Shown piece by piece: positions 47,878 through 57,558 of a stretch of DNA of 64,000 nt. The stretch spans positions 2,464,001 to 2,528,000 of the forward strand of contig OY821645.1 of the NCBI GenBank assembly GCA_963682135.1, read 5' to 3'. The notes beneath the pieces are model-generated. The model was not told where the DNA came from and did no database searches. It worked only from the letters and a program-made list of their open reading frames with translations. Source of the DNA: Methanothrix sp. (lineage in GTDB: Archaea > Halobacteriota > Methanosarcinia > Methanotrichales > Methanotrichaceae). A program made the position numbers and the translations under genes. Numbering within the stretch: position 1 is the first letter of the stretch; each line of letters starts with the position of its first letter.

Positions 47878-48657
47878 ATGATGCTGGAATGGCTGGTTTC
47901 CTATCTGCTCTGGATTAGTTTGGCTCTACTCCTGGCATCCGCTCTGACCGGGATCAGCCGTATTGCAGTTCCTGGATGGGCCCTCTTTGCATTATTCTGG
48001 CTCGGTCAGATCAATCACTATCTCACCATAGAGGACTACTTCAATGTGGCTCTCTTTTTAGGAGCAGGTCTCTTGAGCTTCTACATGGCCTGGATTGTGA
48101 TGAGCCGGGGCTTTTCATCAAAGGCATGCTATTGGGCGAGCTATGCCGCAGCCGTCTGCGGGATAGTCTATTTCCCATTTGCCGAAATTCCAGCTCTTCA
48201 AGTCGGATTGATTGGGCTTACCACCCAGATAACCGCAAAGATGCTGCAATTTCTCTCCGTCCCCGTGATCATGGAGAGCTGGAATATAATGAGCCTCAAC
48301 GGTCGATCGGTGCAGATCATCCTGGCCTGCACGGCCATTGAGAGCATTGCCCTGTTTGCCGGAGTGATTTTATCGGTTCAGGCGCCACGAGGTCGCAGGC
48401 TGGCAGCTCTGACCGCATCTACATTATCCATATATATCTTGAACATTGTAAGAAATGGATTTGTACTCATGGCCTACGGTTGGAGCTGGTTCGGGGAAGG
48501 CAGCTTTGATATAGCTCATAATATAATTGCGAAGATTGGATCGACAATAGCGCTCCTGGCTATATCTTACCTGGTATTTCTGCTCTTGCCGGAGCTTTTA
48601 TCAATCATTGATGAGCTTGCAGCAGAGATCAAACCAGGGAGAGGAGATACCGCATGA
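47878..48657 (+). CDS. artA: Archaeosortase A
   Basis: IILACTAIES (catalytic Cys), LNIVRN and FDIAHNIIAK; multi-TM. Confidence 0.9.
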   Translation: MMLEWLVSYLLWISLALLLASALTGISRIAVPGWALFALFWLGQINHYLTIEDYFNVALFLGAGLLSFYMAWIVMSRGFSSKACYWASYAAAVCGIVYFPFAEIPALQVGLIGLTTQITAKMLQFLSVPVIMESWNIMSLNGRSVQIILACTAIESIALFAGVILSVQAPRGRRLAALTASTLSIYILNIVRNGFVLMAYGWSWFGEGSFDIAHNIIAKIGSTIALLAISYLVFLLLPELLSIIDELAAEIKPGRGDTA

Positions 48658-49241
48658 AGCTGGCGAAAAATTCCACGGCATGGGTAATGGCGCCCATTTT
48701 TCTCACTGCAGGCCTCGCCGCCGCAGGAATTTGGCTATTGTCAGCCGTGGCTTTGGCGGGCTTTGTTTTCATGATCTTTTTTCATAGGGACCCGGATCGC
48801 CTTCCCAGAGGGGATGGCATGCTTTCGCCGGCAGACGGAAAGATCATCCAGGCCATGCCTGACAGAATCAGCATCTTTATGAGTCCTTCCAATGTGCACG
48901 TTAACCGGGCTCCCCTGGATGGATTTGTACGCAATATCGAATACAGGAAGGGCACCCATTTGCCTGCTTTCATGGGACGGGCATGCAAGAATCAGCAGAA
49001 CAGGATGTATTTAGAAACAGATGACGGAGACATGGAGCTGCGCCAGATTACGGGAACTCTGGTCAGGGAGATCGTCTGCTACGTTCACCCCGGAGATCAG
49101 GTGTCGCGAGGGGAAAGAATCGGCATGATCCGCTTCGGCTCAAGGGTAGAAATCAGCATTCCCGCGGGCTACAGTCTGCGAGTAAATAAGGGCGACAAGG
49201 TTCGAGCCGGAGAGACGGTGGTTGCGGTGAGGAATTCATGA
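48654..49241 (+). CDS. psd: Phosphatidylserine/archaetidylserine decarboxylase proenzyme
   Basis: FFHRDPDR, SPADG, NVHVNRAP and IRFGSRV cleavage motif. Confidence 0.92.
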   Translation: MKLAKNSTAWVMAPIFLTAGLAAAGIWLLSAVALAGFVFMIFFHRDPDRLPRGDGMLSPADGKIIQAMPDRISIFMSPSNVHVNRAPLDGFVRNIEYRKGTHLPAFMGRACKNQQNRMYLETDDGDMELRQITGTLVREIVCYVHPGDQVSRGERIGMIRFGSRVEISIPAGYSLRVNKGDKVRAGETVVAVRNS

Positions 49242-49912
49242 ATGTCTTCCGGGTTATCCGGCTGCCGGACTTATTCACGCTTTTAAACGTCGTTTTCGGA
49301 TTCCTGGCACTTCTTGCCGCGGGCGGGGCCTGGGGCGCTATTTATCCCCAGTATGCCGTAGTGTTCATCCTCCTGGCGGCAATGGCCGACGGCCTGGATG
49401 GGTTCCTGGCGAGAAAAGTGGGCGGCAGCCCCCTGGGAGCCAACCTTGACTCGTTAGCTGACCTGATATCCTTTGGAACGGCACCTGTCTTTCTGGCCAT
49501 CACTGCCTTTCACCTGCCGCCTCACATCTGGCTGCTGGGCATCTTATTCCTGCTATGCGGAACGTTACGTCTGGCCAGATTCAACGTGATCTCTGGAAAA
49601 AGCGATGCTTTCTTTGAGGGGCTCCCCATTCCTGCCGCCGGCATAGCTCTTTCTGCCAGCGTTCTCCTGGGCAGGCCGCCGCTCACCATCGCGCTCATGC
49701 TCTTCTTAGCACTGCTCATGGTAAGCAGCATCTCCTATCCCAAAATCAGAGACCTTCGCGTCATGATAATACTGGGCAGCATTTTTCTTGTGGTGGGATT
49801 GTTCCTCTTTCGCCAGCACGATATTCTAGAGGCCACCCTTGTGGTCATAGTTCTTATCACCCTTTATCTCACCAGTCCGGTGGTGATCTCACGCCTACGA
49901 AAAAAGAGATAG
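49238..49912 (+). CDS. pssA: Archaetidylserine synthase (CDP-alcohol phosphatidyltransferase)
   Basis: DGLDGFLAR...GANLDSLADLISFG, RLARFN and FEGLP. Confidence 0.92.
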   Translation: MNVFRVIRLPDLFTLLNVVFGFLALLAAGGAWGAIYPQYAVVFILLAAMADGLDGFLARKVGGSPLGANLDSLADLISFGTAPVFLAITAFHLPPHIWLLGILFLLCGTLRLARFNVISGKSDAFFEGLPIPAAGIALSASVLLGRPPLTIALMLFLALLMVSSISYPKIRDLRVMIILGSIFLVVGLFLFRQHDILEATLVVIVLITLYLTSPVVISRLRKKR

Positions 49913-50226
49913 CCGCTTTTGAGGCGGGAATCAAGCTGGGAGCGCTCTACCATCAGTTCGTGGGAGCGCCTGTAAGCCTGAAGACGGCAGCCAGCCTGGA
50001 AGAGGCCATGGAGAAGAGCATCTCCCTCCAGCCTTATGTGAAAAAGGTAAGCGTTCGCATAGACCGAGAGAGGCTGTTGGAGAACTGTTTTGGCTATGGC
50101 GAGCTGGAGGGGCGCATGATAATCGCCCAGGTGCAGATAGATTATGAGGGCGAGGTCGTGAACGCCAAATTGGAGTACGACGCAGAAAAAAAATATCCGC
50201 TTATGAGCTTAGTGGACTCCGATTAA
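49891..50226 (+). CDS. mptD: Archaeal dihydroneopterin aldolase, probable ACG start
   Basis: Frame upstream of GTG 49960 encodes the conserved AFEAGIKLGALYHQF; also SISLQPY, YGEL and YPLM. Confidence 0.85.
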   Translation, partial: TPTKKEIAAFEAGIKLGALYHQFVGAPVSLKTAASLEEAMEKSISLQPYVKKVSVRIDRERLLENCFGYGELEGRMIIAQVQIDYEGEVVNAKLEYDAEKKYPLMSLVDSD

Positions 50227-50258
50227 CTTAAGGTCGATGGTACCCATAACGAACTCCG

Positions 50259-51170
50259 TCAATATCTTGACGCTTTCGCTCTATTTTTGGATACATTCAC
50301 CCAGAGATGCAGATCCCTGTAAGGACCGGTGAAGTTTCCATCCCTGTAAAGCAAAAACTCCAGCTTCTGGCGATCGCCGGTATGATTGAGGACATAAGAT
50401 ACCGGCTTTTCCCATGTCTCGTTATGGACAAGCGTTAGATTCATGCTCATAAGAGTATTATTCAGAGGAGTGTTGTTCAGAGAAAGGCTCATGGTATAGT
50501 TAACGAGCGCATATTCATGATTTACCACGCCCACAATAACGGTGCTATGATTTCCTGCCTGAACGCTTGTCGGGTAGTCATAGGCTTTGCCTCCCGGGCC
50601 CAGGATATAAAACTCAGTGAATTTCTCGCCCTGCTTGGGGGTTACTATCACATATACCAGAGCGGCAATAGATAATAGGATAGTTATTATTAAAATAATA
50701 GATAGGGCCTTATCAAGCCGGCTCTTATCGTCCTGCAGAATTTCTCCCTTCCAGGTGATTATAGTCTCGCGAAATTGGATAGAGAACCTCTCCGCGGCAG
50801 GCAGACTCATCCGCCGCCAATAGGCCGCCGCAGCCATGACCATGGTGAATATAGCCAGAGAGACTACCACCGGAGTCAGTCTGATTCCCCAAGGTGTGTA
50901 ATTGAGGCCAAGGCCAATGAGTGGCACCACGGCTATGGAAAGACCAAAGGAGAGAGCCGTCCTCTCGATTCCCTCTAAATCAGCCTTCTTGGGAAAAAGG
51001 GCTGCGATGAGAGTGTAGCCCGGCACAAATAGCACCATAAGCAGACCTAGAGGTATGCGCACAGGGAGAATTGAAAGAGGTGTCAGGGTAAAGAGCAGTA
51101 TAGCTAACGCTAAAATTACTGCGGCTAACAGGTCGGACGGAATTTTCATGATCTTATCAAACATCTTCAT
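50259..51170 (-). CDS. DUF1616-family membrane protein
   Basis: LFVPGY...ERTALSFGLS..., EKFTEFYILG, YP, NHE and YRDLHLWV. Confidence 0.85.
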   Translation of the reverse strand: MKMFDKIMKIPSDLLAAVILALAILLFTLTPLSILPVRIPLGLLMVLFVPGYTLIAALFPKKADLEGIERTALSFGLSIAVVPLIGLGLNYTPWGIRLTPVVVSLAIFTMVMAAAAYWRRMSLPAAERFSIQFRETIITWKGEILQDDKSRLDKALSIILIITILLSIAALVYVIVTPKQGEKFTEFYILGPGGKAYDYPTSVQAGNHSTVIVGVVNHEYALVNYTMSLSLNNTPLNNTLMSMNLTLVHNETWEKPVSYVLNHTGDRQKLEFLLYRDGNFTGPYRDLHLWVNVSKNRAKASRY

Positions 51171-51496
51171 CTCTCTACCGTTCACAGCTACAATAGCCGC
51201 ATACCTGGCAGTCCCCCAATCTAATCAGCGACTTTGCGAATGGGCTGTTCCATCTCTGCGATGAGTATGTTCCTGGAAGCATTGTAGTCTCGATCGCATG
51301 AGAATTTGCAATCTTATCAGCTTTCGACCCAGCACTTTGAGCCTCGTAAGAACGCATGAATATTAACTATGACCGGGATTCATCTTGTTTGGGAGAATGG
51401 GATACTTGTAGCTGATCATCATACGAATACTGATATGCATGCCTATTATTTATATAGGTTGAGGGCGGCGCGAAAGTAATCATGGTAAAGGGCTTT

Positions 51497-51662
51497 GGCT
51501 TTCATCCGTTGCGACTGCATCGCAACTCCCGCAGACTCTGCGCAGTTAGCTGGATCACCCTGAAGGATGGGAACTTACCGATGTTTTGACTTCTCGGTCG
51601 AAACTCTCGCGGACGCGCGGTCAGCAAGATCAGACCTTGGCGATCCCACAAGCTAAAAAGCC
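51497..51662. repeat. MITE-like or structured-RNA element
   Basis: Termini GGCTTT...AAAGCC enclose several hairpins and a long nested stem. Confidence 0.55.
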
Positions 51663-51726
51663 GCCACTCGGCACGGACTTTCCAAAACGTCAAGTTTTTA
51701 TATTTCGCATCTTGATAAAGAGATAC

Positions 51727-53490
51727 ATGAGCACCTGGACCATATCCACAATTTTAATCTTTTTATTCTTTATTTCTACACCCAGTACCCTGGCGATAGC
51801 AGTTGAAGAGAACATCGAGCCCGATATTCCAACTTGCAGTCAGCTAGACACGTTAGCGTCCCTGAATTATACGGTTACTATAGGTCCGGATATATCCACA
51901 GCCAGCTTTGCTCTCAACTGGAAAAATGAGGCCGGCAAAATCAAGATGGATCTTCAGACACCAGGGGGCCAATGGATAAGATCTGAAGGAAATTCATTTG
52001 CGATCTACAAAGAGAGCAATACATCCTTGACATATTTGATAGAAAGGCCCGCCACAGGTAGATGGGTCATGAGGATTAGCCCTGGAAATCAACAAACCGT
52101 GCATGAGGACTACTGTATCACCGCACATCTTGTGAAAATGAAGAGCGCTGATCAGTACACGGCTCGATTTAGTGGACTATTCAGCGACAATGCGAGAGAC
52201 GAAGATAAGGATGGGATCGACGACCACATAGCTATTGAAGCAAGCGTCAGCGTTAAGGCCGCAGAAAAATATTCCGCAATGGGAGTTCTCGTCAATGTGC
52301 AAAATGGAGAAAAGATCCGGATCAATAATGCAGCTTTCTTGAATATTGGCGCCCATAATATCAGGTTTGATCTCTTTGATTTGAAATCCCCTGGACCATA
52401 CCGTATTGAGAGCCTATCACTCTATGATGAAAACGGAAATGAGATCGATAAATTTGTAGGAGATTATATAACTAAAATATATAAAACTAACAATGATAAT
52501 CGTACTGCATCAGGCCAGAGGGCCAAGCTCACAGGCAGAAACTCTGATTACGGATCAGACATAAATAACGATGGGCTCTTCGAATACCTGACCGTAGATG
52601 TGGGAGTTATGGTTTATGATCCTGGAAACTATAGCGTAATGGGATATTTATACGACGAAAATGGCAAAGATGTGGTCTGGTCCTTAGGATCTGGAATTTT
52701 GCCGATAGGGTCCAATACCTTGCATATGGATTTTGACGGTAAGAGCATTGAACGGCACAAATTCAATGGCACTTACCGCCTCAAAGAGCTGCAACTTGTA
52801 AGAGGAGACTCGGCCATAGAGAATCTATCAATGGTGGATATTATGATGGATGCAACAATCACCCACCCCTATGATTATAGAGAGTTCGTGGATCCGGTGT
52901 GGCCAGAAAAAAGCCTTTCAGGGGACGGGAAGGGAGAGATACTTCTTACAATCCAGGTTAGTAGCATACTTCCGGTCTTTCATGGCAGATACAGTATGGA
53001 TATTGTAGGTGCCAGTATGCCACCGATATCATCTAACTGGACGGTTACGGGAACAGAGAAGGGATACAGCTACGATCTTCCAGGAATTCATATGCCAAGC
53101 AAACCCAACAACTTTACAATACAAGCAAGCAATGTGAAGAACCTCAATGTTGGCGTAAAAAAAGACCCAGTGGAAGGCAGGTCCAATATTACACGAACCT
53201 GGATTTCAACTCGAGCAAATGCTGACAAGGATGGAATAGCGAGAATCGATAATGATATGATCTCACCAGGAAGATATCAGTTCAAGATATTTGGAGATGC
53301 AATCGATAATGCTACCCAGGTTGCCCTAGAGATGAAAGTGGTCAAGAAGCTGTTGATCAACGGTAGATTCGATCTGGCCCTGAACACAAGTGGATTTCCT
53401 ACCAGCAACTATTCTATCAATGCCAAAGCAATCAATGAATCCGTTCGCTTCGACGAGATAAATCTGAACGGGCCTTCAAGTGGTTTCTAA
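51727..53490 (+). CDS. Secreted protein: PPC-like domain, two DxDxDG beta-sandwich repeats, C-terminal domain
   Basis: Signal peptide MSTWTIS...; DEDKDGIDD and DINNDGLFEYL repeats. Confidence 0.78.
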   Translation: MSTWTISTILIFLFFISTPSTLAIAVEENIEPDIPTCSQLDTLASLNYTVTIGPDISTASFALNWKNEAGKIKMDLQTPGGQWIRSEGNSFAIYKESNTSLTYLIERPATGRWVMRISPGNQQTVHEDYCITAHLVKMKSADQYTARFSGLFSDNARDEDKDGIDDHIAIEASVSVKAAEKYSAMGVLVNVQNGEKIRINNAAFLNIGAHNIRFDLFDLKSPGPYRIESLSLYDENGNEIDKFVGDYITKIYKTNNDNRTASGQRAKLTGRNSDYGSDINNDGLFEYLTVDVGVMVYDPGNYSVMGYLYDENGKDVVWSLGSGILPIGSNTLHMDFDGKSIERHKFNGTYRLKELQLVRGDSAIENLSMVDIMMDATITHPYDYREFVDPVWPEKSLSGDGKGEILLTIQVSSILPVFHGRYSMDIVGASMPPISSNWTVTGTEKGYSYDLPGIHMPSKPNNFTIQASNVKNLNVGVKKDPVEGRSNITRTWISTRANADKDGIARIDNDMISPGRYQFKIFGDAIDNATQVALEMKVVKKLLINGRFDLALNTSGFPTSNYSINAKAINESVRFDEINLNGPSSGF

Positions 53491-53524
53491 GCATTTTCAT
53501 ATTAGGGCGGGATAAAAAGAGATT

Positions 53525-53543
53525 GAAGGGCGATTCGCCCTTC
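53525..53543. terminator. Inverted repeat between convergent genes
   Basis: GAAGGGCGA-T-TCGCCCTTC. Confidence 0.45.
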
Positions 53544-53557
53544 TTCGATAGTTGCAT

Positions 53558-56104
53558 CTACGAGACAAGGGTGTTGCCAGTTACTTGCGTTACTGGATTG
53601 AAACCACCAGTAATTGTCGGTATTCCTGAATTGATGTATACCCCCCATCCTTGATACCAACTTAATTCGTTTGGTGACGGCTGGCTTGCCCGGTTAGATG
53701 TAACGAGAACTTGTGGGCCATCAAATGTAACATGCGAGTTGGTGGAGAACAACCCGCCACCATTGCCTGCAACGTTCCCGGTTATGCTAACATCGTTAAG
53801 GTGCACGGTGCCATCCCAGTTGTAAATACCGCCGCCGTTGCCTGCTGTATTTCCTGTCAATAAGATGCCAGTTAGATCCAGCGTGCCTTTGTTCAAAATG
53901 CCGCCACCATTCAGAGCATTACCGTTCTCAATGGTCATATCCAACAGGCTTACATGCGCGGAGGGATTATTGAGGCCGACGGTGAACACCGAACCGGCTA
54001 GCTGGCCATTAACTATTGTATTAGCTTTCCCAGCTCCCTTCACAGTCAACGACTTGTCTATTTGCACATTCTCATCGTAGGTTCCACTGAGCACCTTCAC
54101 TATTCCGCCTGCGCTTATTGCATCTACTGCAGACTGGATCTTATTATAGTCGCAGGCAAAGGAACCAACAAGAGTTGTAGGTGTGGCGCCAATTCCAACC
54201 GTGTTGACCCACAATCCATTATCTCCTCCAACTGCCGCCACATGCAGTTTTCCTTCCTTATCCCGGATCGCGTTGGGATTGGATTTGATGAATCCACCCA
54301 AGTTATACCATGCGCCACCCGCATTATCCCATAGACCGCCATCGCCGCCCCGCACGAAGTTATGTAACACACCATCAGTATCCACAACGGGTGCTGGATT
54401 GCCCTGAATAAATCCACTCAGACCGGTCCAGGTTGCAGTGCCCAAAGTTGTATCCAGGGTATTGTACCACAAAGATCCGTCACCGCCTCGAACAGAGGTA
54501 TAGATTAAATCGGGATTAAATGGGTCCAAAACCGGCATGACATCGGATGTTATGTAACCACCCAGGCTGCGCCAATCTCCTTCATAAAAGTGAGCGTCTT
54601 TCTTAATCAAATTGAGGTCCCATACAGCGCCGTCGCCTCCTCGGGCAAATGTGTGCATATTTCCCTGACTATCAAAGACTATTTGTGGATTGGAGGTGAT
54701 ATATCCAGAGCCAGAATACCAGTCACCAGACATATCTGCCGTATCGAGCTCTCTGGCCCAGAGCCCGTTGTCACCACCACGAACAACGATATACATATAT
54801 CCATTTGGTGATGATTCGACTGCTGCACTGGGATTTGAGGTTATTATTCCCCCGAGGTTCCACCAGCTACCACCAAAGACTCTATCCCATAAGCCTCCAT
54901 CACTTCCTTTGACAAGAATATGGATCTTGCCTTGAGCGTCTTCTAATGCAAAGGGGTCCGAGGCAATTATGCCACCCAATCCCTGCCAGTCTCCGTCTAC
55001 GTTATCCCACAATCCGTTATCGCCACCTTTTGCGAAGATATGCTTCTTGCCATCAGCCTGCAGCTGATACGGATTAGATGTTAAAACGCCTCCAAATCCA
55101 TTCCATACCCATGAACCGGGAGTAGGGATAAAGCCAGCCGTTGAACCCTGAAGATCGCCCACGAGATTGGTATCTACGACGGCCGGGCTTCCAGCCGATG
55201 CTGACATACTGCCCGAAACGCTCTCCCCTTCGACATCATAACTTTCGGAAGAAGAATCATCAGAGGTGCTGGATGCATATATCCTTACATCTCCATTTGC
55301 ATCTAATTCCTGGTTTGAGGTCACATGGCCGTTAGCACTACCAGTCATGCTCGATTCCAGATGACCAGCAGAGGAAAGGTAGGAATATGCATCTCCATCT
55401 GCAGAAGTAGACTTAACCGCAGAATATGCCTTCGATTCAAGGCTATCTGCCTGGAAAGATCCAGAAGCGCTAACACCATCGGATGCAGTAGTATCTAGGA
55501 AGCCGCTCATGCCTCCCACGCCGTTCAATCCACTAGTTAGATGGACGATATTATCTGAGGATTGGACCACGCCATCCACATATCCCAGAGCCCCGGCTAA
55601 ATTCGTGGCTTGGAAAGCGTTAACCGTGCCAGATCCGGCCGTTATCATCTGGGATGACGTCATGTATCCCTCCAGTATACCTGCATTCTGAGTGGTAGAG
55701 ACAGAACCGCTCGCGCCTGAAACAGAACTATCCGATTGGCCGGAGGATTGGAGATTCTGTCCCACTCGAACGATATCTGAAGAAGCATAGCTGGATGCAG
55801 TTGAGCTCATTGCACCTATTGAGTTAATGCTGCTCGAAACGCTAGCCTTTTCGTTGCCAGCCGTCTGATCAATTTTGTTGCTGCCATCGCCTTCCACTGA
55901 TAGGCTCGATGAGATCCAACCGTCACCAAGAGTCAGTCTCTGGGCCAGATCAGTGTCGATCTCTACTTCATATTTCGCGCTGACTGAGGATGCTCCTTTG
56001 TCGTCACCTGATGAACTGCTGACGTATACAGCAGCAGCTGAGACATTTGTTAAAAAAAAAATCAGTATGATGAGTTTACAAATGGTATTTTGCTTCCTAT
56101 TCAT
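53558..56104 (-). CDS. Secreted Ser/Gly-rich protein with lectin-like beta-propeller and C-terminal beta-helix
   Basis: About 7 repeats of W..LGG.I.S.P...H..VRGGD..LW; then IQSAVD..G.Y.EN and N.A.NGGGI repeats. Confidence 0.85.
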   Translation of the reverse strand: MNRKQNTICKLIILIFFLTNVSAAAVYVSSSSGDDKGASSVSAKYEVEIDTDLAQRLTLGDGWISSSLSVEGDGSNKIDQTAGNEKASVSSSINSIGAMSSTASSYASSDIVRVGQNLQSSGQSDSSVSGASGSVSTTQNAGILEGYMTSSQMITAGSGTVNAFQATNLAGALGYVDGVVQSSDNIVHLTSGLNGVGGMSGFLDTTASDGVSASGSFQADSLESKAYSAVKSTSADGDAYSYLSSAGHLESSMTGSANGHVTSNQELDANGDVRIYASSTSDDSSSESYDVEGESVSGSMSASAGSPAVVDTNLVGDLQGSTAGFIPTPGSWVWNGFGGVLTSNPYQLQADGKKHIFAKGGDNGLWDNVDGDWQGLGGIIASDPFALEDAQGKIHILVKGSDGGLWDRVFGGSWWNLGGIITSNPSAAVESSPNGYMYIVVRGGDNGLWARELDTADMSGDWYSGSGYITSNPQIVFDSQGNMHTFARGGDGAVWDLNLIKKDAHFYEGDWRSLGGYITSDVMPVLDPFNPDLIYTSVRGGDGSLWYNTLDTTLGTATWTGLSGFIQGNPAPVVDTDGVLHNFVRGGDGGLWDNAGGAWYNLGGFIKSNPNAIRDKEGKLHVAAVGGDNGLWVNTVGIGATPTTLVGSFACDYNKIQSAVDAISAGGIVKVLSGTYDENVQIDKSLTVKGAGKANTIVNGQLAGSVFTVGLNNPSAHVSLLDMTIENGNALNGGGILNKGTLDLTGILLTGNTAGNGGGIYNWDGTVHLNDVSITGNVAGNGGGLFSTNSHVTFDGPQVLVTSNRASQPSPNELSWYQGWGVYINSGIPTITGGFNPVTQVTGNTLVS

Positions 56105-56601
56105 ATTTGTTCTTCCTCAGTTATAGTCATTAATGTTGTTATAAATAGTTTATGTCGATAATTTATAAGATATAAATGATTATCATAAAAACATTTATTT
56201 TAGATCTATAATTGGCATTAATTCAAGCTGCACAGCCTGAGAGATAATACGTAGATCTTGCCAAGGACTTAATAGATTCTAGAAAAACACATCAACTATA
56301 AGATTATATCATAAATATTATAATACTTAATATGAACTCCGCCTTGAATTATCATATCAATAGAAATTGTTACATAATTTGATAATGCCGCACATGCGTC
56401 TCGAAATGATCTATAGCTCGATACAGATCTCTTATTAATGAGAAGGCCCTATGGATAAACATAGGTGGGGAAAGTTTCTTATATCTAGAAAGAATAAGAC
56501 GTACTAACATTTTAGTTGGAGAGATAGCAGTAAAACTGAATTATGGGCAAGCATCAATTGCGCCTAATGTCATCGATCTAGGAGATTAATGCTGCAAGGC
56601 G

Positions 56602-57036
56602 ATGAGGGATATGGTTGTGAAATTGGGACAAGAAGGCAAGACAATCGGTAGAATATTCATTGTCCTAATGATGGTTCTCTTGATTATCTTCTTGGCAACT
56701 CCTTCGAGTGCAATATCTTTTGGGAGAAATTCCAAGACGATCGATAATTGTGAAGTTAAATGCACGAAATTCGAGAAAGTCATAGATTATAATTATAAAA
56801 ATGAAAGAACTATCGTGATATATTCTTTCATCGTGGGTGGGATAAAGAAGAACCTCTATGTCAAATACGCTCAAGACTGCAAGGATGGGCATTATAGCAG
56901 AACTTGCACCCCATTTGCCCGGTGCAGTGTAAACAAGTTATGTGAGCAAAGTGGCCCTATTAGAACAGAATCCAAAGGCTATTGGAATGAGTGTGGCAGA
57001 TGGGATATTATAGACATTTGGGTGGCTACAGCCTAA
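56602..57036 (+). CDS. Small secreted Cys-rich hypothetical protein
   Basis: Signal peptide followed by 7 Cys. Confidence 0.65.
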   Translation: MRDMVVKLGQEGKTIGRIFIVLMMVLLIIFLATPSSAISFGRNSKTIDNCEVKCTKFEKVIDYNYKNERTIVIYSFIVGGIKKNLYVKYAQDCKDGHYSRTCTPFARCSVNKLCEQSGPIRTESKGYWNECGRWDIIDIWVATA

Positions 57037-57051
57037 GAGTTCTGATAATAA

Positions 57052-57549
57052 ATGATATATCCAAGATTAATGCTGGCCATGGTATTGGTAATCAGCAGTC
57101 TATCTAGTTCTTTTGCGGCGGAAAATGCCGGAAATTTGCCGGAAATATCGACATATATTCCTGAGAGCGGACAGATACATGCCAAGCAGACAATATTGTC
57201 GAATGCAACTATTGAGACCAATATATCATCCTTTTTATTTGTTTTGACCTGGCTTAATGCCACAAGCAACCTGGAAGCTGCCTTGATCGCCCCCAATGGC
57301 GCCAGGATAGACTCGACTGCTCAATCGCCAGTTATCTACGGCGTGAATAAGAGCCTGATATTCTATATCCTACCAAATGCAGAGGTAGGAAAATGGACTG
57401 CGGTGATAACTGCAAAAGATGTGCCGGATGTGGGTGAGTCTTATTGGGCCCTATTTAGCACGATTCCAGAAAATGAATATACAAACCAAGATCTGAACGA
57501 TTTGGAGAACACCGACGAAGAGTGCCAAAACTGCGCAGAAAAAAGTTAA
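57052..57549 (+). CDS. Secreted PPC-like single-domain protein
   Basis: Signal peptide; FVLTW.....L...L.APNG...Y.LPNAEVGKW. Confidence 0.7.
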   Translation: MIYPRLMLAMVLVISSLSSSFAAENAGNLPEISTYIPESGQIHAKQTILSNATIETNISSFLFVLTWLNATSNLEAALIAPNGARIDSTAQSPVIYGVNKSLIFYILPNAEVGKWTAVITAKDVPDVGESYWALFSTIPENEYTNQDLNDLENTDEECQNCAEKS

Positions 57550-57558
57550 TAATATGCT

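Noticed and set aside
51175-51357. 60-aa ORF ending CQVCGYCSC as a zinc-finger microprotein
   Set aside because: No homology or SD evidence visible; cannot be supported without a search.
51630-51690. RNase P RNA (minus-strand GGAAAGTCC)
   Set aside because: Lacks the preceding GA and the matching 3' P4 strand; better explained as the flank of the MITE-like element.
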